Of a DNA stretch of 64,000 nt, positions 11,818 through 25,411 are shown in pieces; the first letter of the stretch is position 1; each line of letters starts with the position of its first letter. The notes beneath the pieces are model-generated. The model worked only from the letters and a program-made list of their open reading frames with translations. It was not told the origin of the DNA and searched no databases. The translations under genes and the position numbers were made by a program. Source of the DNA: Octopus vulgaris (lineage: Eukaryota); NCBI GenBank assembly GCA_951406725.2, contig OX597828.1, positions 41,168,001 through 41,232,000 of the forward strand, written 5' to 3'.

Positions 11818-12088
11818 TGGGATAGAGAAACTGTGCACAGTTGTGGAAATTAGCTGCCCAGATGATGTTACCATATAGCTGGAGATCAGTGTAAAAGAGA
11901 ACACCTATGCTGAACTATTGAGAAACCTGCAGTTACTCTATCCAGATTACAAGTTTAGGTTTATACCTGTAATTATTGGGGCCCTGGGATATGTAACACG
12001 CTGCCTAAATACCAATCTCGAGAAATTAGGCTTCTTAAAACCAGAATGGAAAAAACTAATTCGAAGACTACAGATCCAATCCATCATT
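11818..12088 (+). mobile_element. R4/Dong-like LINE restriction-like endonuclease fragment
   Basis: VVEISCPDD...KENTYAELLRNLQLLYPDYKFRFIPVIIGALG, the E/D-x-x-x-P...K-x-x-x-Y...PVIIGALG RLE pattern. Confidence 0.75.
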
Positions 12089-12441
12089 CATCATCATCAT
12101 TTAGCGTCCGCTTTCCATGCTAGCATGGGTTGGACGGTTCAACTGGGGTCTGTGAAGCCAGAAGGCTGCATCAGGCCCAGTCTGATCTGGCAGTGTTTCT
12201 ACGGCTGGATGCCCTTCCTAACGCCAACCACTCCCTGAGTGTAGTGGGTGCTTTTTACATGCCACCCACACAGGTGCCAGGCGGAGCTGGCAAACGGCCA
12301 CGGACGGATGGTGCTTTTTACGTGCCACCTGCACGGGGGTCAGACGAGGCTGGCAACGGCCACGAACGGATGGTGCTTTTACGTGCCACCGGCACGGGGA
12401 CCAGGCGAGGCTGGCAACGGCCACGAACGGATGGTGCTTTT
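12085..12441 (-). mobile_element. RTE LINE 3' UTR copy
   Basis: Same tail and ~50-bp GGTGCTTTTACGTGCCACC subrepeats as 48541-48900. Confidence 0.9.
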
Positions 12442-12878
12442 TCATTGTAACTGTAAAAATCTGTAAAACTTTCCAGAAGTTTATAATTTAAATATATATG
12501 AGCATGTCAAGATATGCAACTATATGCATGAGAAGACATAGATAAAGCATACAAATCTGCACATGATGGCCGTCCACTCATGATTGAGAAAGACCATTGC
12601 TGACCTTTAGGAACATTGTGCACGCTAGGATTAATTTATATTTTGCATTTGCAGATCCATTGGTCACTAATGAGCCCTGCTCTTGACAAGCATACATGAC
12701 TGCACACATTGCAAACCATACAAAAATACCCTGTTGTTACTGTTGAAATTCTAATGAAGGATCCTTGGTTAGAAACCACTTCTTTCTCTATTGGCAGGAA
12801 ATCTTGAAATAAATTGAATGATAACTGACTGACCCACACACACACACACATACATCAATTGAATATATTTATAAAACA

Positions 12879-13199
12879 AATGCTTTAAACTAAGGCAACA
12901 ACCTTGTTGAAACAGGATTTCCTATTATTATAATAATTCTGTTTTTGTATGAGAACTGGAATTTAAATTTAGGAGTGAGCAAAGAATCTAGTATTTGGTG
13001 TGGTAATTTTAAAGACGGATGCCAGTCATCCAATCGGTGTCTCAATCTTACACCTTTTATGTCTTTACAATAACCACACCAAATACTAGTTTCTTTATTC
13101 ACCCTGTAAGTTTAAATTCCAGCTCTGATATGAATATACAATTCTCATAATGCAAGGAAATCCTGTTTCAAGAAGGCTGTTGTCTTAGTTAAAAGCATT
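12879..13199. mobile_element. MITE with long imperfect TIRs
   Basis: AATGCTTTAAACTAAGGCAACAACCTTGTTGAAACAGGATTTCCT vs AGGAAATCCTGTTTCAAGAAGGCTGTTGTCTTAGTTAAAAGCATT; partial copy near 16923. Confidence 0.75.
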
Positions 13200-13446
13200 C
13201 AATTTACTAAGTGATCAATAAGTCTTATCTTATCTAAATAGTAATAAGTGTTATTCTTATTTAGCCTAGAGTTATCCTTGACCCAGCAGATGTTCCAGCC
13301 ATGACCATTGACAACAGTTGTTATTTATGTTGTTTAACCCTAGGCTAGTGCTGATCTAGTAGACCTGTTATAGATAGTGTTTCAGCTATGATCACTCCAT
13401 CAGTCTATTTCTTTATTTAGATATTACACATTAATACACACACACT

Positions 13447-13628
<182 letters not shown>

Positions 13629-15219
13629 CATACACATATATGTACATATATATGCATATATTCATACACACACACACACACTTAATGCAGCTGTTGGTTA
13701 TGGCTGATCACGAGGTTATCATTGGTTTCACACGTATTACGCTCTTAGATGTGTAGGAGAGTCAGCAGACCTACAGGGGAGAAGCACAAAGCCTCTTTAA
13801 TACTGGAGGCAGGAATGTTAGCGTTGTTTAAAAAAAAAAACCCTGAAACAAAGTTCTACTAAGGAGTATCCCTTCTGGGTGAAATAGAATCATCTTCCTT
13901 TGACCAGTTTGTGTCCAAAAAGGTCAATATAATTTCCATTTGCTAGTCAACGAGCGGGGAATTCCATGCCTCTAACACTGATTTCCTCTCATGAGGGCAC
14001 CAACTAAACACCTCACTTTTGTAGTTTAAGAAGCCCACCACCACCACCACCACCTCTTGAATCAAGCACGAAGGATTTGCTTGACCTAGGAGACTTCTTA
14101 AACTCCAAAAGTGAAGTATTTAGGAAATTTGTGTTGAGACATGGAATTCCTTACTTGCTGACTAGTGAATGGAAAACATGCATATACTGACCAATTTCTT
14201 GTTCCTATACTTGCTAAACTCTTTCATCTCTCACACTTTACAAAGTATACATGTGTGTGTGTGTATATATTGCTGGCCTACATAGGTTCTTTCAGCTGTG
14301 CCCATGGTTATAATGCAACACTATCAAAGTGGCTCAGTTCATTTCACTAAAATAGGTACAACAAGGAGGTGAAATAACAAAATGCAATGCAGATAATTGT
14401 TTCATTTGCTTACAGTGTAGAGTTTAAATCAATGTGGGTGTATCTCAAAGTCACAGAGAAGATTATCTCTCCCCTACAACACACTGAGTTGTGTATTTAC
14501 ATGGAGAATATACTAAGGACTTCTAAGCTGCACACACTGGAAAAGGGTATGCACTCACCCTCCTCTCAAACAGCATTTCAACACCACTCCTCTACATCTA
14601 AGCTGCTATTGTTCATTGCACCCCTATTGCTTTACAATGGGTAAGAACACAGACACAGTTTTAGATACACTACATCTGAGTAAAAGACGAGATAGGCAAG
14701 GCTGGAAAACCTTTGATCACAGTTCTGCTGGAATGCCACTAAGAGAATACATCCAATTACCGTCACCATTATGACTTGGTAATGTGTATCATGCTTTTCA
14801 AATTGTTTTAGTGGCTGATGTAGTGAATGTACATAGACATCCTCTTGGCCCCATTTCCCTTTGCTCAGAAGAACAGCTAAGATGAGTCAGCTGAAGAAAG
14901 AGAGGGCTGGTATTCGTTGTAGTTGAGTAAACAGGCGCAATGTGAAGGACACAACATGCTGCTCTGTCCATGAACTGAATGCTGGGGCCCTACAATCATA
15001 AACCTAAAACCTTAACCATTAGGCTATATACCTTCATAGAATGGGATTGATCTGTCGTTGAAGGGCCATATTAGACAGTGTAGTTCTAGATATACTGTGA
15101 CTGAATGGAATGGTCATGACTGGAGGTCACAGATGAAGCATTTTTGATTGTAGATCTACTGGATCAAGGATGACTTGAGGGCCAAGCAACAACCATTTAT
15201 GTAGCCATTAATAATAGTT

Positions 15220-15783
15220 TTAAAATTTTGGCAGAATGCCAGCAATTTTGTGGGGAGGGAGTAAGTGATTACATTGACCCCAGTGCTCAGCTGGTATTTA
15301 TTTTATTGATCCCGAAAGGTTGAAAGGCAAAGATGACTTTGATGGAATTTGAACACAGAACGTTGAGATGGATGAAATGCTGCTTAGCATTTTTCCTGGC
15401 ATGCTAACGATTCTGCCAGTTTGCCACCTTAAAATAGCCATTAATATTAAAATACTGTATGTTAGATAATGTAGTGCTAGACACAATATGCCTGAATAAA
15501 AGATGGGATGGTCACAGCTGGAACATCTTTGAAGGATCAAGACTGAACTGGGGCTGGACAACAATAATAACAGTTTCAAATTTTGCCACAAGGCTAGCGA
15601 CTTTGTAGGGAGGGAGTAAGTCAATTACCCCCAGTGCCCAACTGGTACTTATTTTATCAACCCCCCTAGAGGATGAAAAGCAAAGATGACATTGGCAGAA
15701 TTTGAACTCAGAATGTTAAGATGGACAAAAAGCCACTAAGCATTTTGTCCATCATGCTAACAATTCTGCCAGTTTGTTGCCTT
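15220..15783 (-). mobile_element. Two degenerate SINE B copies
   Basis: GAAAGGCAAAG...GAATTTGAAC core at ~15320 and ~15675. Confidence 0.7.
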
Positions 15784-15789
15784 AATATA

Positions 15790-16110
15790 GCATGGCTCAG
15801 TGGTTAGAGTGTCAAGCTTATGATCGTGAGGTTGTGAGTTTGAATCCCGGACCAGGCTGCGTGTTGTGTTTTTGAGCAAGACACTTTATTTCACGTTGCT
15901 CCAGTTCACTCAGCTGTAGAAATGAGTTGCGACATCACATGTGCCAAGCTGTATCGGCCCCTTTGCCTTTCCCTTGGATAACACTGGTGACGTGGAGAGG
16001 GGAGGCCGGTATGCATGGGTGACTGCTGGTCTTCTATAAACAACCTTGTCCAGACTTGTGCCTGGGAGGGTAACTTTCTAGGAGCAATCCCATGACCGAA
16101 GGCGGTCTCA
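15790..16110 (+). mobile_element. tRNA-derived SINE family D (V/CORE-like)
   Basis: TGGCTCAGTGGTTAGAG A-box, GAGTTTGAATCCC B-box, TTGAGCAAGACACTTTAT; inverted copy at ~30485-30798. Confidence 0.75.
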
Positions 16111-16154
16111 ACATATATGTGCGAGTGTATATACACACACACACACACACATAT

Positions 16155-16513
16155 TACTCTTGACTGCGGCCATGCTGGAGCACTGCCTTTAATTGAGCAA
16201 CTCGATCCCGGGACTTATTCTTTGTAAGCCCAGTACTTATTCTATCGGTCTCTTTTGCCGAACCGCTAAGTGACGGGGACATAAACACACCAGCATCGGT
16301 TGTCAAGCAATGCTAGGAGGACAAACACAGACACACACACACACACATACACGACGGGCTTCTTTCAGTTTCCATCTACCAAATCCACTCACAAGGCTTT
16401 GGTCGGCCTGAGGCTATAGTAGAAGACACTTGCCCAAGGTGCCACGCAGTGGGACTGAACCTGGAACCATGTGGTTGGTTAGCAAGCTACTTACCACACA
16501 GCCACTCCTGCGC
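16155..16513 (-). mobile_element. SINE family A
   Basis: Full head ...CCACTCCTGCGCC and tail, as at 27478-27869. Confidence 0.85.
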
Positions 16514-19315
16514 CTATATATATATATATATAATTTAATAGACTATGTTTTTATGTGCTAAAGTTTTAGTTTGTTATGGTATGCGGTTTGTACCTGATGA
16601 TTATGTTTGAGGTATTTCTCAACAAATGAAACTTAGTATCACGTAAACACATGTATTGTGTCTATCAAATAATATTAGATAAACAACCTTGTCCGGACCT
16701 GTGCCTGGGAGGGTAACTTTCTAGGTGCAATCCCACGGTCAGTCATGACTGAAGGTGGGGGGTCTCATAGCCATTAATATTGAAAAACTATACATTAGAT
16801 AATGTACTCCCAGATACAATGTGTCTGAATAAAAGATGGGATGGTTACAGTTGGAACATCTTTGAAGGATGAAAACCCGAATAGGAATTACAACAGTGAT
16901 AAGACGTAATTATCAGTTTGTAAACCTTGTTGAAACAGGACTTCCTAGAGTTGCAATCATTGTATTTTTATATGAGAGCTAAAGTTTAGAGTTGGGGAGG
17001 TTAGTCATAAAGACAAACAGTTTACGGCTGACTATACACTAATCAATGCCTTTTTCTCACTGGTTTTTATTTTTATCATCTTGCTATCAAATGAAGTGGC
17101 TTGAGAATCTTTTTAGTATCTTGTTATAAGTATGGAACAATGACAGCTACAGCCTGTTCTACTACTAATAAAAAAACAACATTTAATTTTATTACTGCAA
17201 CTGTCACCAACACCATTTCATCAGAACAAATATATTCCCTGTCTGCACAACACCAATACAGCTAGCACTTAACTCTTACTCTCACTGTCCCATGCTTCAC
17301 TACCATGCACACACACAAACACACACCATGTACAGCCCTCTATGTTCCCTACCCATATTTCACTAACAAACATCATCACACATCTTACACACACACACAC
17401 CATATACAGTTCTCTATACACAAAGTATATATATTTTGCTACCAAACCCATTGTGACTCTCACACATACCCACATAGAATAGAATGAGTATGCTGTTTGT
17501 GAACTGAGAAAAACAACTTTGCTTTCAATTCAGATATAAGTTACATTGTAATAAAACAATACATTAGACAGTAAATCAGGAGAATATGACACTGTACGAA
17601 ATAATTACAGGGAACAGAAGCTTTTAATAATTACATTAACCACAGTAGAGAAGAATGAAATATTAACAAGTTGAGTTTCTTGTTAATAAGTCTATTCTTC
17701 TGAAAGGTAAACCATTTAAAGAATGTAAATGAATAAATAGACTGTGTCTGCTCTTCATAAACATAACTCACAAGCATTGGGTACAATGCATTGTGGTATT
17801 TGTTCTGAGTTCAAACCCACCTGAGGTCAATTTTTCCTTTCATTCTTCAGGGCCAATAAAATAAAGAACCATTTAAGTATCAGGGTCACATGTAATTAAC
17901 TAACCACTGTCCCCAAATTTCAGGTCTTGAGCCTATCTTAGAAAATTATTAATGGTGGCAAACTGGAGGGATTGCTTAGAGCATCAGAAAAGAAAAATGC
18001 CTTGTGGTATTTGTTCCAGCTCTTTATGATTTAAGTTCAAGTCTATCACATTCAGACTATGGCTTCTGGATCAACAAGAAGAGAAACCACAAATATTCCT
18101 AGTAAAACAGTTATAAAAGAGGGCTCTTATGCCTGTGCAGGGAGCAATAAGGTTCCATGAGCAAGTTTCCATGGAACCTAATCTAACTGATGTGGAAATT
18201 TCACCAACTGAGGAAACAGGAAAGCTCACTTGCAGTTCTTTTACAACTGATAGAAAGAATTGCCAAAAGAATTAACAAAACCTGTGTGTGTGTGTGCGTG
18301 TGTGGCCAAATCCAAATAGGAAAATGTCTATATGGAATATGGAGCAACACTGACTTTGTAACTGGAGCCAGGCAATGTAACTGTGTAGAAATGAGATTCC
18401 TCACAGAAACCTTGGCTCAGAGACATTCTGGTGTTCCATGTAAATTACAAGAATCTATTACTCCTTTCTACATACCTTGGCTGGCATGGGGTAGAAATTA
18501 AAATATCAGATGTACCCGAAGAGGGTAATTAGATTAGCATCTATAGCACTTAGTAAAGAGCTAGAAATACAAAGAAATAATTGGATGGTGAGGGGAGCTA
18601 GTTAGCAGTTTAGAGGAGGTGATTAGTAAAAAGCATTGCAAATGATGTGCTCGCACTAAGAGTGGCCCTTGACCATTTCTTCAACACAAAAGATGAAGGT
18701 TGCATTACCAGAGCTAAGGCCCCATGTGCGAAAATATGAGAAAAGAAAAACTGTCTGATGGGCTTGAGTGCCAGAAGTGCAACATGGCAGCAAAACCAAA
18801 ACCAGGCTGCAGATGAAACAGGACATGCACATGCTATTTGGTTCTAAGCAGATGTGTGTGGAGGCACATGGCCCAGTGGTTAGAGCAGCAGACTTGCGGT
18901 TGAGGGATCACAGGTTCGAATCACAAACCAGGCAATGTATGTTTATGAGCAAAACACCCAAGCTCCATGTGGTTCTGGCAGAAGGTAATGGTGAACTTCT
19001 GCTGACTGTTTCGCCACAACTTTCATTTTTTCCTCCTGCATCTAGCAGATCACCTGCAACGGATTTTCGTCCTGTCCAGGTGGGGAACCTATATGCCAAT
19101 GAAACCGGAGTCTGATTTATTAGAATTTACTTGTATATGATGGGGTAAGGTTGGGAGTGTAGGTTGAAAGTCGAGCGATTGGTGAGAAAAATATGAAGCA
19201 GTGAGTATTTCAAGAGAAATATATGCAAGGAGGAAGAAGGATCATCTAAAATAGGAGAAAAGTGGATCTTGTAAAAGCTGAGATATTTTAAAGAAGCCAC
19301 TGACATGGGATTAAG

Positions 19316-19362
<47 letters not shown>

Positions 19363-20235
19363 GAGAGAGAGAGAAGGAGCTGTGTGTGTGTTTGTAATTG
19401 AGAGGAAAAGAGAATTAGAAAGTGAGAGGAGAATGATGAAGAAAAAATGGAAGAAGAATTAAGAGAAGAAGAAGTGGAGGAAAAAGGAGAAGAAGGAAGA
19501 GAGGAGAAACAGTGGTTGATTGCTGTCACTCTGTGTCTAACGAATATATGCAGGTGACATATCCAGGTGTAGAAAAGACAAAAAGGGAAAAAAAAAATCT
19601 TTTGAATTATAATAGACAATTTGTACACATGTACAAACGTATTTTAGACAAAATCTCCTTCATCACAAAGGGACTGTTTATCTAAACAAATCTTCCTTAC
19701 TGACCAACCCTTGTACTGTTACTACAACACCCACTGCTCCTGCCCACATTATCCCCCATTGCTGGTCTCATTGTCTAAGATCCCACATGGGCAATCTTTT
19801 CCGAGAAGCAGGCGCATATGCAAAAAAAAAACCCCAAAAAAAAACCAGAAGTTAATTTTTCATTAGGCATGCAATTCAGAAAGTCCTGGAGGCTGCACTT
19901 TGCCCATGACTGCTCTGGATGCTTCAGAAAGAAAATTAAATTCCCCAGTCCTTCTCCCCCCACTTTTTCTCAGGGCTGCATTTTATGAAACTACCAACCT
20001 TTCACATTCATTATTAGATTTCTAAAATTTTAAATGTATGCCAACTTCATAAAAGTTTTCCTTGGCCTGGTTATGGAAACTGGCACACGTTATTTTCTCA
20101 AGTATAATATCCATTGTTATCACTATGGCTGCCACTACCACCACCACTACCACCAGAGAAAAAGAGGTATGATTATATATATAAATATATATATATACAC
20201 ATATAAGCAGAGAAACCCAGCATTGCTTGGGTTTA

Positions 20236-21385
20236 AAATGGCATTTACGTTTGACGGATATTTGTCCTCAACATTTTGGCTGATATACCCTCCAGCCTTC
20301 TTCAGGTGCCTTGGGAAAATTTCAAACCTGGGTTCTCATTCCTAAGGTATTTTTTGATGTTATTATTATTGTTCAGGTCACTGCTTAGAATTGAACTCAG
20401 AATCTTGGGGTTAGTAGCCCACACTTTTAACCACTACGTCATATGCCCATGGGCAATTATGGAGTGAATTTTAGGGCTTATAAATCTAATATTTTTCTAT
20501 CCTTCCTTAATACCGGTTCTTATATGTTGCTCATATCTGCACTCTGTCTGCTTAGAAGGTTGTTGTATCCTATCATATGTGCAGCTTCTTTTAGATTTTG
20601 TATTTTCCAGTGGTGTTCTCTGTCTATTATTTTAACTTCATCCCACAGGGGGAAATGGTCTCCATTTTTCTATACATGATCAGCTATACCCGATTTATCA
20701 ATATCTCCTTGTGTCACAGCTTTGTGATGTTCGTCTACCCTTATTTTGAGGGAGCGGCATGTTTCGCCTTTGTATAACCTACCACAGCTGCATGGGATGG
20801 AGTACATTCAGTCTGGAGTACATTCATATTCTCTTCTATTGGTGGTTTTACTCAAAGGAGATATTTGCAAAGTTTTGTATTACTCTTGACTACTGTCCTG
20901 ATGTCATATGGGCTGCATATCTTTTGTATCCTTTTGGAGAGGCCTTTCACATAGGGTAGAAAGACTGTGGACAGTTTTTTGGCCTCATCCTCTCTCTTTT
21001 TCATAATTGGAGTGGATAGTATACTTTTGGGGTAGTTGTTGCTTAACAGATCATTATTGAGCTTGATCATTTCTTTGTGGTGTGTATCACAATCGCTACT
21101 TATATTCTTTGCACAATGTTTTAGGCACTGAGCAATCCCTCTCTTTACACTGTATGGATAGTGGGAAATGAAGCTGAGTTATCGTCCAGTAAAGGTTGGC
21201 TTGCGGTATATGGATGTCAAAAATTACCTTAGGAATGAGAACCTAGGTTCGAAATTTCCCCAAGACATCTGATGAAGGCTGGAGGGCATATTAGCCAAAA
21301 CGTGTTAACAACAAACAAAATGAGGACAAATATTTGTTGAATATAAATAATGTACATCATTTCTCATGTCTTAAATATAGAACTG
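20236..21385 (-). mobile_element. Penelope-like element fragment (GIY-YIG) with inverted pseudo-LTR
   Basis: Minus strand NNYP...LPYVKGLSKRI, VYSIPCSCGRLYKGETCRSLKIRVDEH...SGIADH...LKEAAHM; 20240-20347 is the inverted repeat of 21224-21350. Confidence 0.88.
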
Positions 21386-21537
21386 TAGTCTTTTATTGTT
21401 TTACTTGTTTTGGTCATGTGACTGCAGCCATGCTGGAGCACTGCTTTTAGTTGCAGAAATTGACTCTAGGATTTATTCTTTGTAAGTCTAGGACTTATTC
21501 TATTGGTTGTCAAGTGATGGTGGGGTTATAAACACAG

Positions 21538-21633
<96 letters not shown>

Positions 21634-22072
21634 AAAAGTCAGAAAATATATACATATATATACATGTATCTATATATACATATATATATATTCTTTTACT
21701 TGTTTCAGTCATTTGACTGCGGCCATGCTGGAGTACCACTTTTAGTCAAACAAATCAACCCTGGGACTTATTCTTTGTAAGCCTAGTATTTATTCTATCG
21801 GTCTTTTTTGCCGAACTGCTAAGTTATGGGGATGTACAAACACCAGCATCAGTTGTCAAGCGATGGTGAAGTGGGGTGTGTGAACAAACAGAGACGCACA
21901 AGCATACAAACACACACACACACACATATGATGGGCTTCTTTCAGTTTCCGTCTATCAAATCCACTCACATTGTCAATACTAACATCATTGTTTACTGTC
22001 TTTTGCACCAAATGTTCTCGGCAGCCTTGTTGGGGCATTCTTCCGTCCCTGTTGTCTTATACATATATATAA

Positions 22073-22458
22073 CTAGCAGTATCGCCTGGCGTTGCTCGGG
22101 TTTGTAAGGGAAATAACTATATAAGCATTTTTAGAGATGTAAAGTATAATAGCCATCTCAATATGGCTAACCTCAAAGGAGGGGTGTTACTGTAGCTTTT
22201 TACGTTCTGAGATTTAATAATACATTTTTAGAGAGTTACTTCCCTTATATAATAGCAAAAAAATGCATTAAAAATGGGGAAAAAATGATGGAAAATTTTT
22301 TTTTAAATCGTAGACGCGCGCTAATACCCAGAAGGGCTCGATATGAATCACGACTATAAGATACCCGCTTTTGGTTACACTGTACTGCAAAATGTGGGAG
22401 TAGTTAGGAATCTAAATCGTAGGAGACAGACACACAACTTTAGTTTTATATATAAAGA
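22073..22458 (-). mobile_element. Non-autonomous Helitron (386 bp)
   Basis: Minus strand A|TCTTTATATATAAAA ... GC-rich hairpin CCCGAGCAACGCCAGG ... CTAG|T; inserted in AT without TSD. Confidence 0.85.
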
Positions 22459-22774
22459 TATTGCATATATTGGGATGTGAGTTTATATATACATATCATT
22501 CTCTGCTTCTTGAGTAGAATGTGAATTGTAATGTTGTGTTGGTTACAAATATTTCTCAGTCTATTGTTGTAAATGTTTATAGATATTTGTTTATGGCCTT
22601 TCATCGCTCTTATTGTCTTCAGTCGGTCTTGCGTATGTGTGTGTTTTATTGCTTTATCACACCGTCTTTCATTAACATGCAGACGCACAGGCCAGGTCAT
22701 ATTTTTCATAAAGCTCTATGCTTCGCTTTTACTTTTTAAATTGATTTTAAGTTTGTCATATCATTGGTCCTAGT

Positions 22775-23083
22775 CTTTGTAAGCCTAGTACTTATTCTAT
22801 CGGTCTCTTTTGCCGAACCGCTAAGTGACGGGGACATAAACACACCAGCATCGGTTGTCAAGCAATGCTAGGGGGACAAACACAGACACACAAGCACACA
22901 TACATATATATACATATATACGACAGGCTTCTTTCAGTTTCCGTCTACCAAATCCACTCACAAGGCATTGGTCGGCCCGGGGCTATAGCAGAAGACACTT
23001 GCCCAAGATTCCACGCAGTGGGACTGAACCCGGAACCATGTGGTTGGTTAGCAAGCTACTTAACACACAGCCACTCCTGCGCC
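22775..23083 (-). mobile_element. SINE family A (young)
   Basis: Near-identical inverted match to 27478-27790. Confidence 0.88.
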
Positions 23084-23649
23084 TATCTGCGCTTTGGGTT
23101 CAAATCCTGTTGAGGCCAACTTTGCCGTTTATCCATTCGATCGATGGAAATGGATCAGCAGAATTCTGAGAGAGTCCAAATGAGTTAACTTTGTTGCAAC
23201 TGTCGCACTATCTGTTCCAGTTCTGAACTGTATAACAGCTGTGAAGATACTGGTGCCAAGGTGTGCCGGATCTTCCTTGCCTGTCTTCAGTTTCAAATCA
23301 GTGATCGTGTGGAGCAGGAAGACTTGCATATATGGACAACTGCAATTTCATCAGAAGAAACCTTGTCCTGGTCTACACTTACATGCAGAAGCAAGATATA
23401 TAGCCTAATTTAACTGGCGGAGGCCTTGCGCGGGTGCATTTCGCTCTGATGGTGGCTAGTGAGCTGAAGCTTCTGAGACACTGTCAAAAATTAAATATGC
23501 AGCTGAAGATTGCTCTACATTTTAAATTGATGTAATGTTTGCATTGTTTAATTAAATGGAGTCGCATGAAACGATCGTACAGCATTACCTCTGGATATCC
23601 TTGTTGCTTACTTTGATTGTAATCACCCAATTTGAATTAGATGGATAGA

Positions 23650-24069
23650 TGTGAAGACCCGTTGAGGCAAGTGACGATCAGAATCGAAATCGATCAATGG
23701 AAATTGCAGATGTGTTACCAGTGCCGGTGGCATGTAAGAGAACTTTCCGTTTCGCGACCGTTGCCAGCACCGCCCCGTTTTGTGTCCGTTGCCAGCCTCG
23801 CCTGGCCCTCGTGCCGGTGGCACATAAAAAGCACCATCCGTTCGTGGCCGTTTGCCAGCTCTGTCTGGCACCAGTGCGGGTGGCACGTAAAAAGCACCCA
23901 CTACACTCACGGAGTGGTTGGCGTTAGGAAGGGCATCCAGCCGTAGAAACACTGCCAGATTTGACTGGGCCTGATGAAGCCTTCTGGCTTCACAGACCCC
24001 AGTAGAACCGTCCAACCCATGCTAGCATGGAAAACGGACGCTAAACGATGATGATGATGATGATGATGA
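23650..24069 (+). mobile_element. RTE LINE 3' UTR copy
   Basis: Near-identical inverted match to 48541-48970; (GAT)n tail. Confidence 0.9.
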
Positions 24070-24384
24070 ATACCATACTAAATTCTGGTGCATTTAACTT
24101 AAGTACCATATTCATCTGAATCTCGCTATATATATACACACATACATAAACATATGTGTGTGTGTGTGTGTTTGTGTATCTGCGTTATTCCCCCTCCCCA
24201 CCATTGCTTGACAAATGATGTTGGTGTATTTACGTCCCTGTAACTTAGTGGTTGGGCAAAAGAGACCAATAGAATAAGTACTAGGCTTACACAGAGTAAG
24301 TCCTGGAGGTCGATTTGTTTGACTAAAGGTGGTTCTCCAGCATGGTCTCAGTCAAATGAGTGAAATGAATAAAAGAATATAAGC

Positions 24385-24945
24385 AGAACTTGAAGCAATT
24401 CAAAGAAGCTACACAAAGAAGATCGTCTCAATGCAACATATCAGCTACTGGGAAAGACTGAAAGTATTAAAACTCTTCTCCCTAGAGCGAAGGCGGGAGA
24501 GATATGCAGTGATATACATCTGGAAAATCCTGGAGGGCCTTGTCCCAAACTTTGGCATTCAAAGTTACCCCAACCGCAGAATTGGTCACTACTACATGGT
24601 GCCAAAGATTCCAACATCACCATCAAAATACAGGACCAGATACTGCAACAGCTTGGGTTTCAGAGGACCACAGCTCTTTAACATCCTCTCTAAATGCCTG
24701 AGAGACTTGCATGGTGTGGATGTGGGTTTCTTTAAAACTAAACTGGATCTCTTCTTATCAGGGGCCCCAGATGAACCTACCTCACAACAGGAGACACAGA
24801 TGTAGGCAGTGACATCGAACTCCCTTGTTGACCAAGTGCCACGTATCAAAGGTGGATTCACATATTAGTGTAGCTCATTCAGCGGTGGTGCCCCAGCATG
24901 GCCGCAGCCTTCGGGCTAAAACATTTTTAAGGATTTAAGGATTTA
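24385..24945 (+). mobile_element. CR1-group LINE 3' fragment
   Basis: LEAIQRSYTK...SYWERLKVLKLFSLERRRER...GPQLFNIL...FKTKLDLFL; short 3' UTR ending (TTTAAGGA)2. Confidence 0.88.
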
Positions 24946-25080
24946 TACATATATATGTATATGTACATATATATGTGTGTGTATATATATATATATACAC
25001 ACACACACATATATATATATACATATATATGTAATGTATATATACATTGCCAAATAAATGTACACACACTATATATATAT

Positions 25081-25394
25081 TTTTTCTTCACTTGTTTATT
25101 AGCTATTTTATTATTTTAACGTCTGACCATTGTCTGGAAATCTTTTGTCACACATCTGTGACCTCTTGCAAGAACACACATGGAAACGAAAAGTGTCGCT
25201 GAAGAGGTTACAGATGTGTGACGAAAGATTTTATTTTAACTTCTGTCCATTGTCTGGAAAATCTTTGATCTCTTCAGCAACACTTTTCATTTCCGTGTGT
25301 GTTCTTGTCAGAATACACACGGAAACGAAAGATTTTCGGACGATGGATAGATGTTAAAATAATAAAATAACAGTAATAAACAAATGAAGAAAAA
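25081..25394. mobile_element. Foldback MITE with nested inverted repeats, in TA microsatellite
   Basis: TTTTTCTTCACTTGTTTATT... vs ...AATAAACAAATGAAGAAAAA, plus internal inverted pairs. Confidence 0.8.
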
Positions 25395-25411
25395 GGTATA
25401 TATATATATAT

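Noticed and set aside
23129-23329. Possible internal minus-strand exon
   Set aside because: No convincing splice sites or recognisable protein; flank matches a dispersed motif also seen at 9410.
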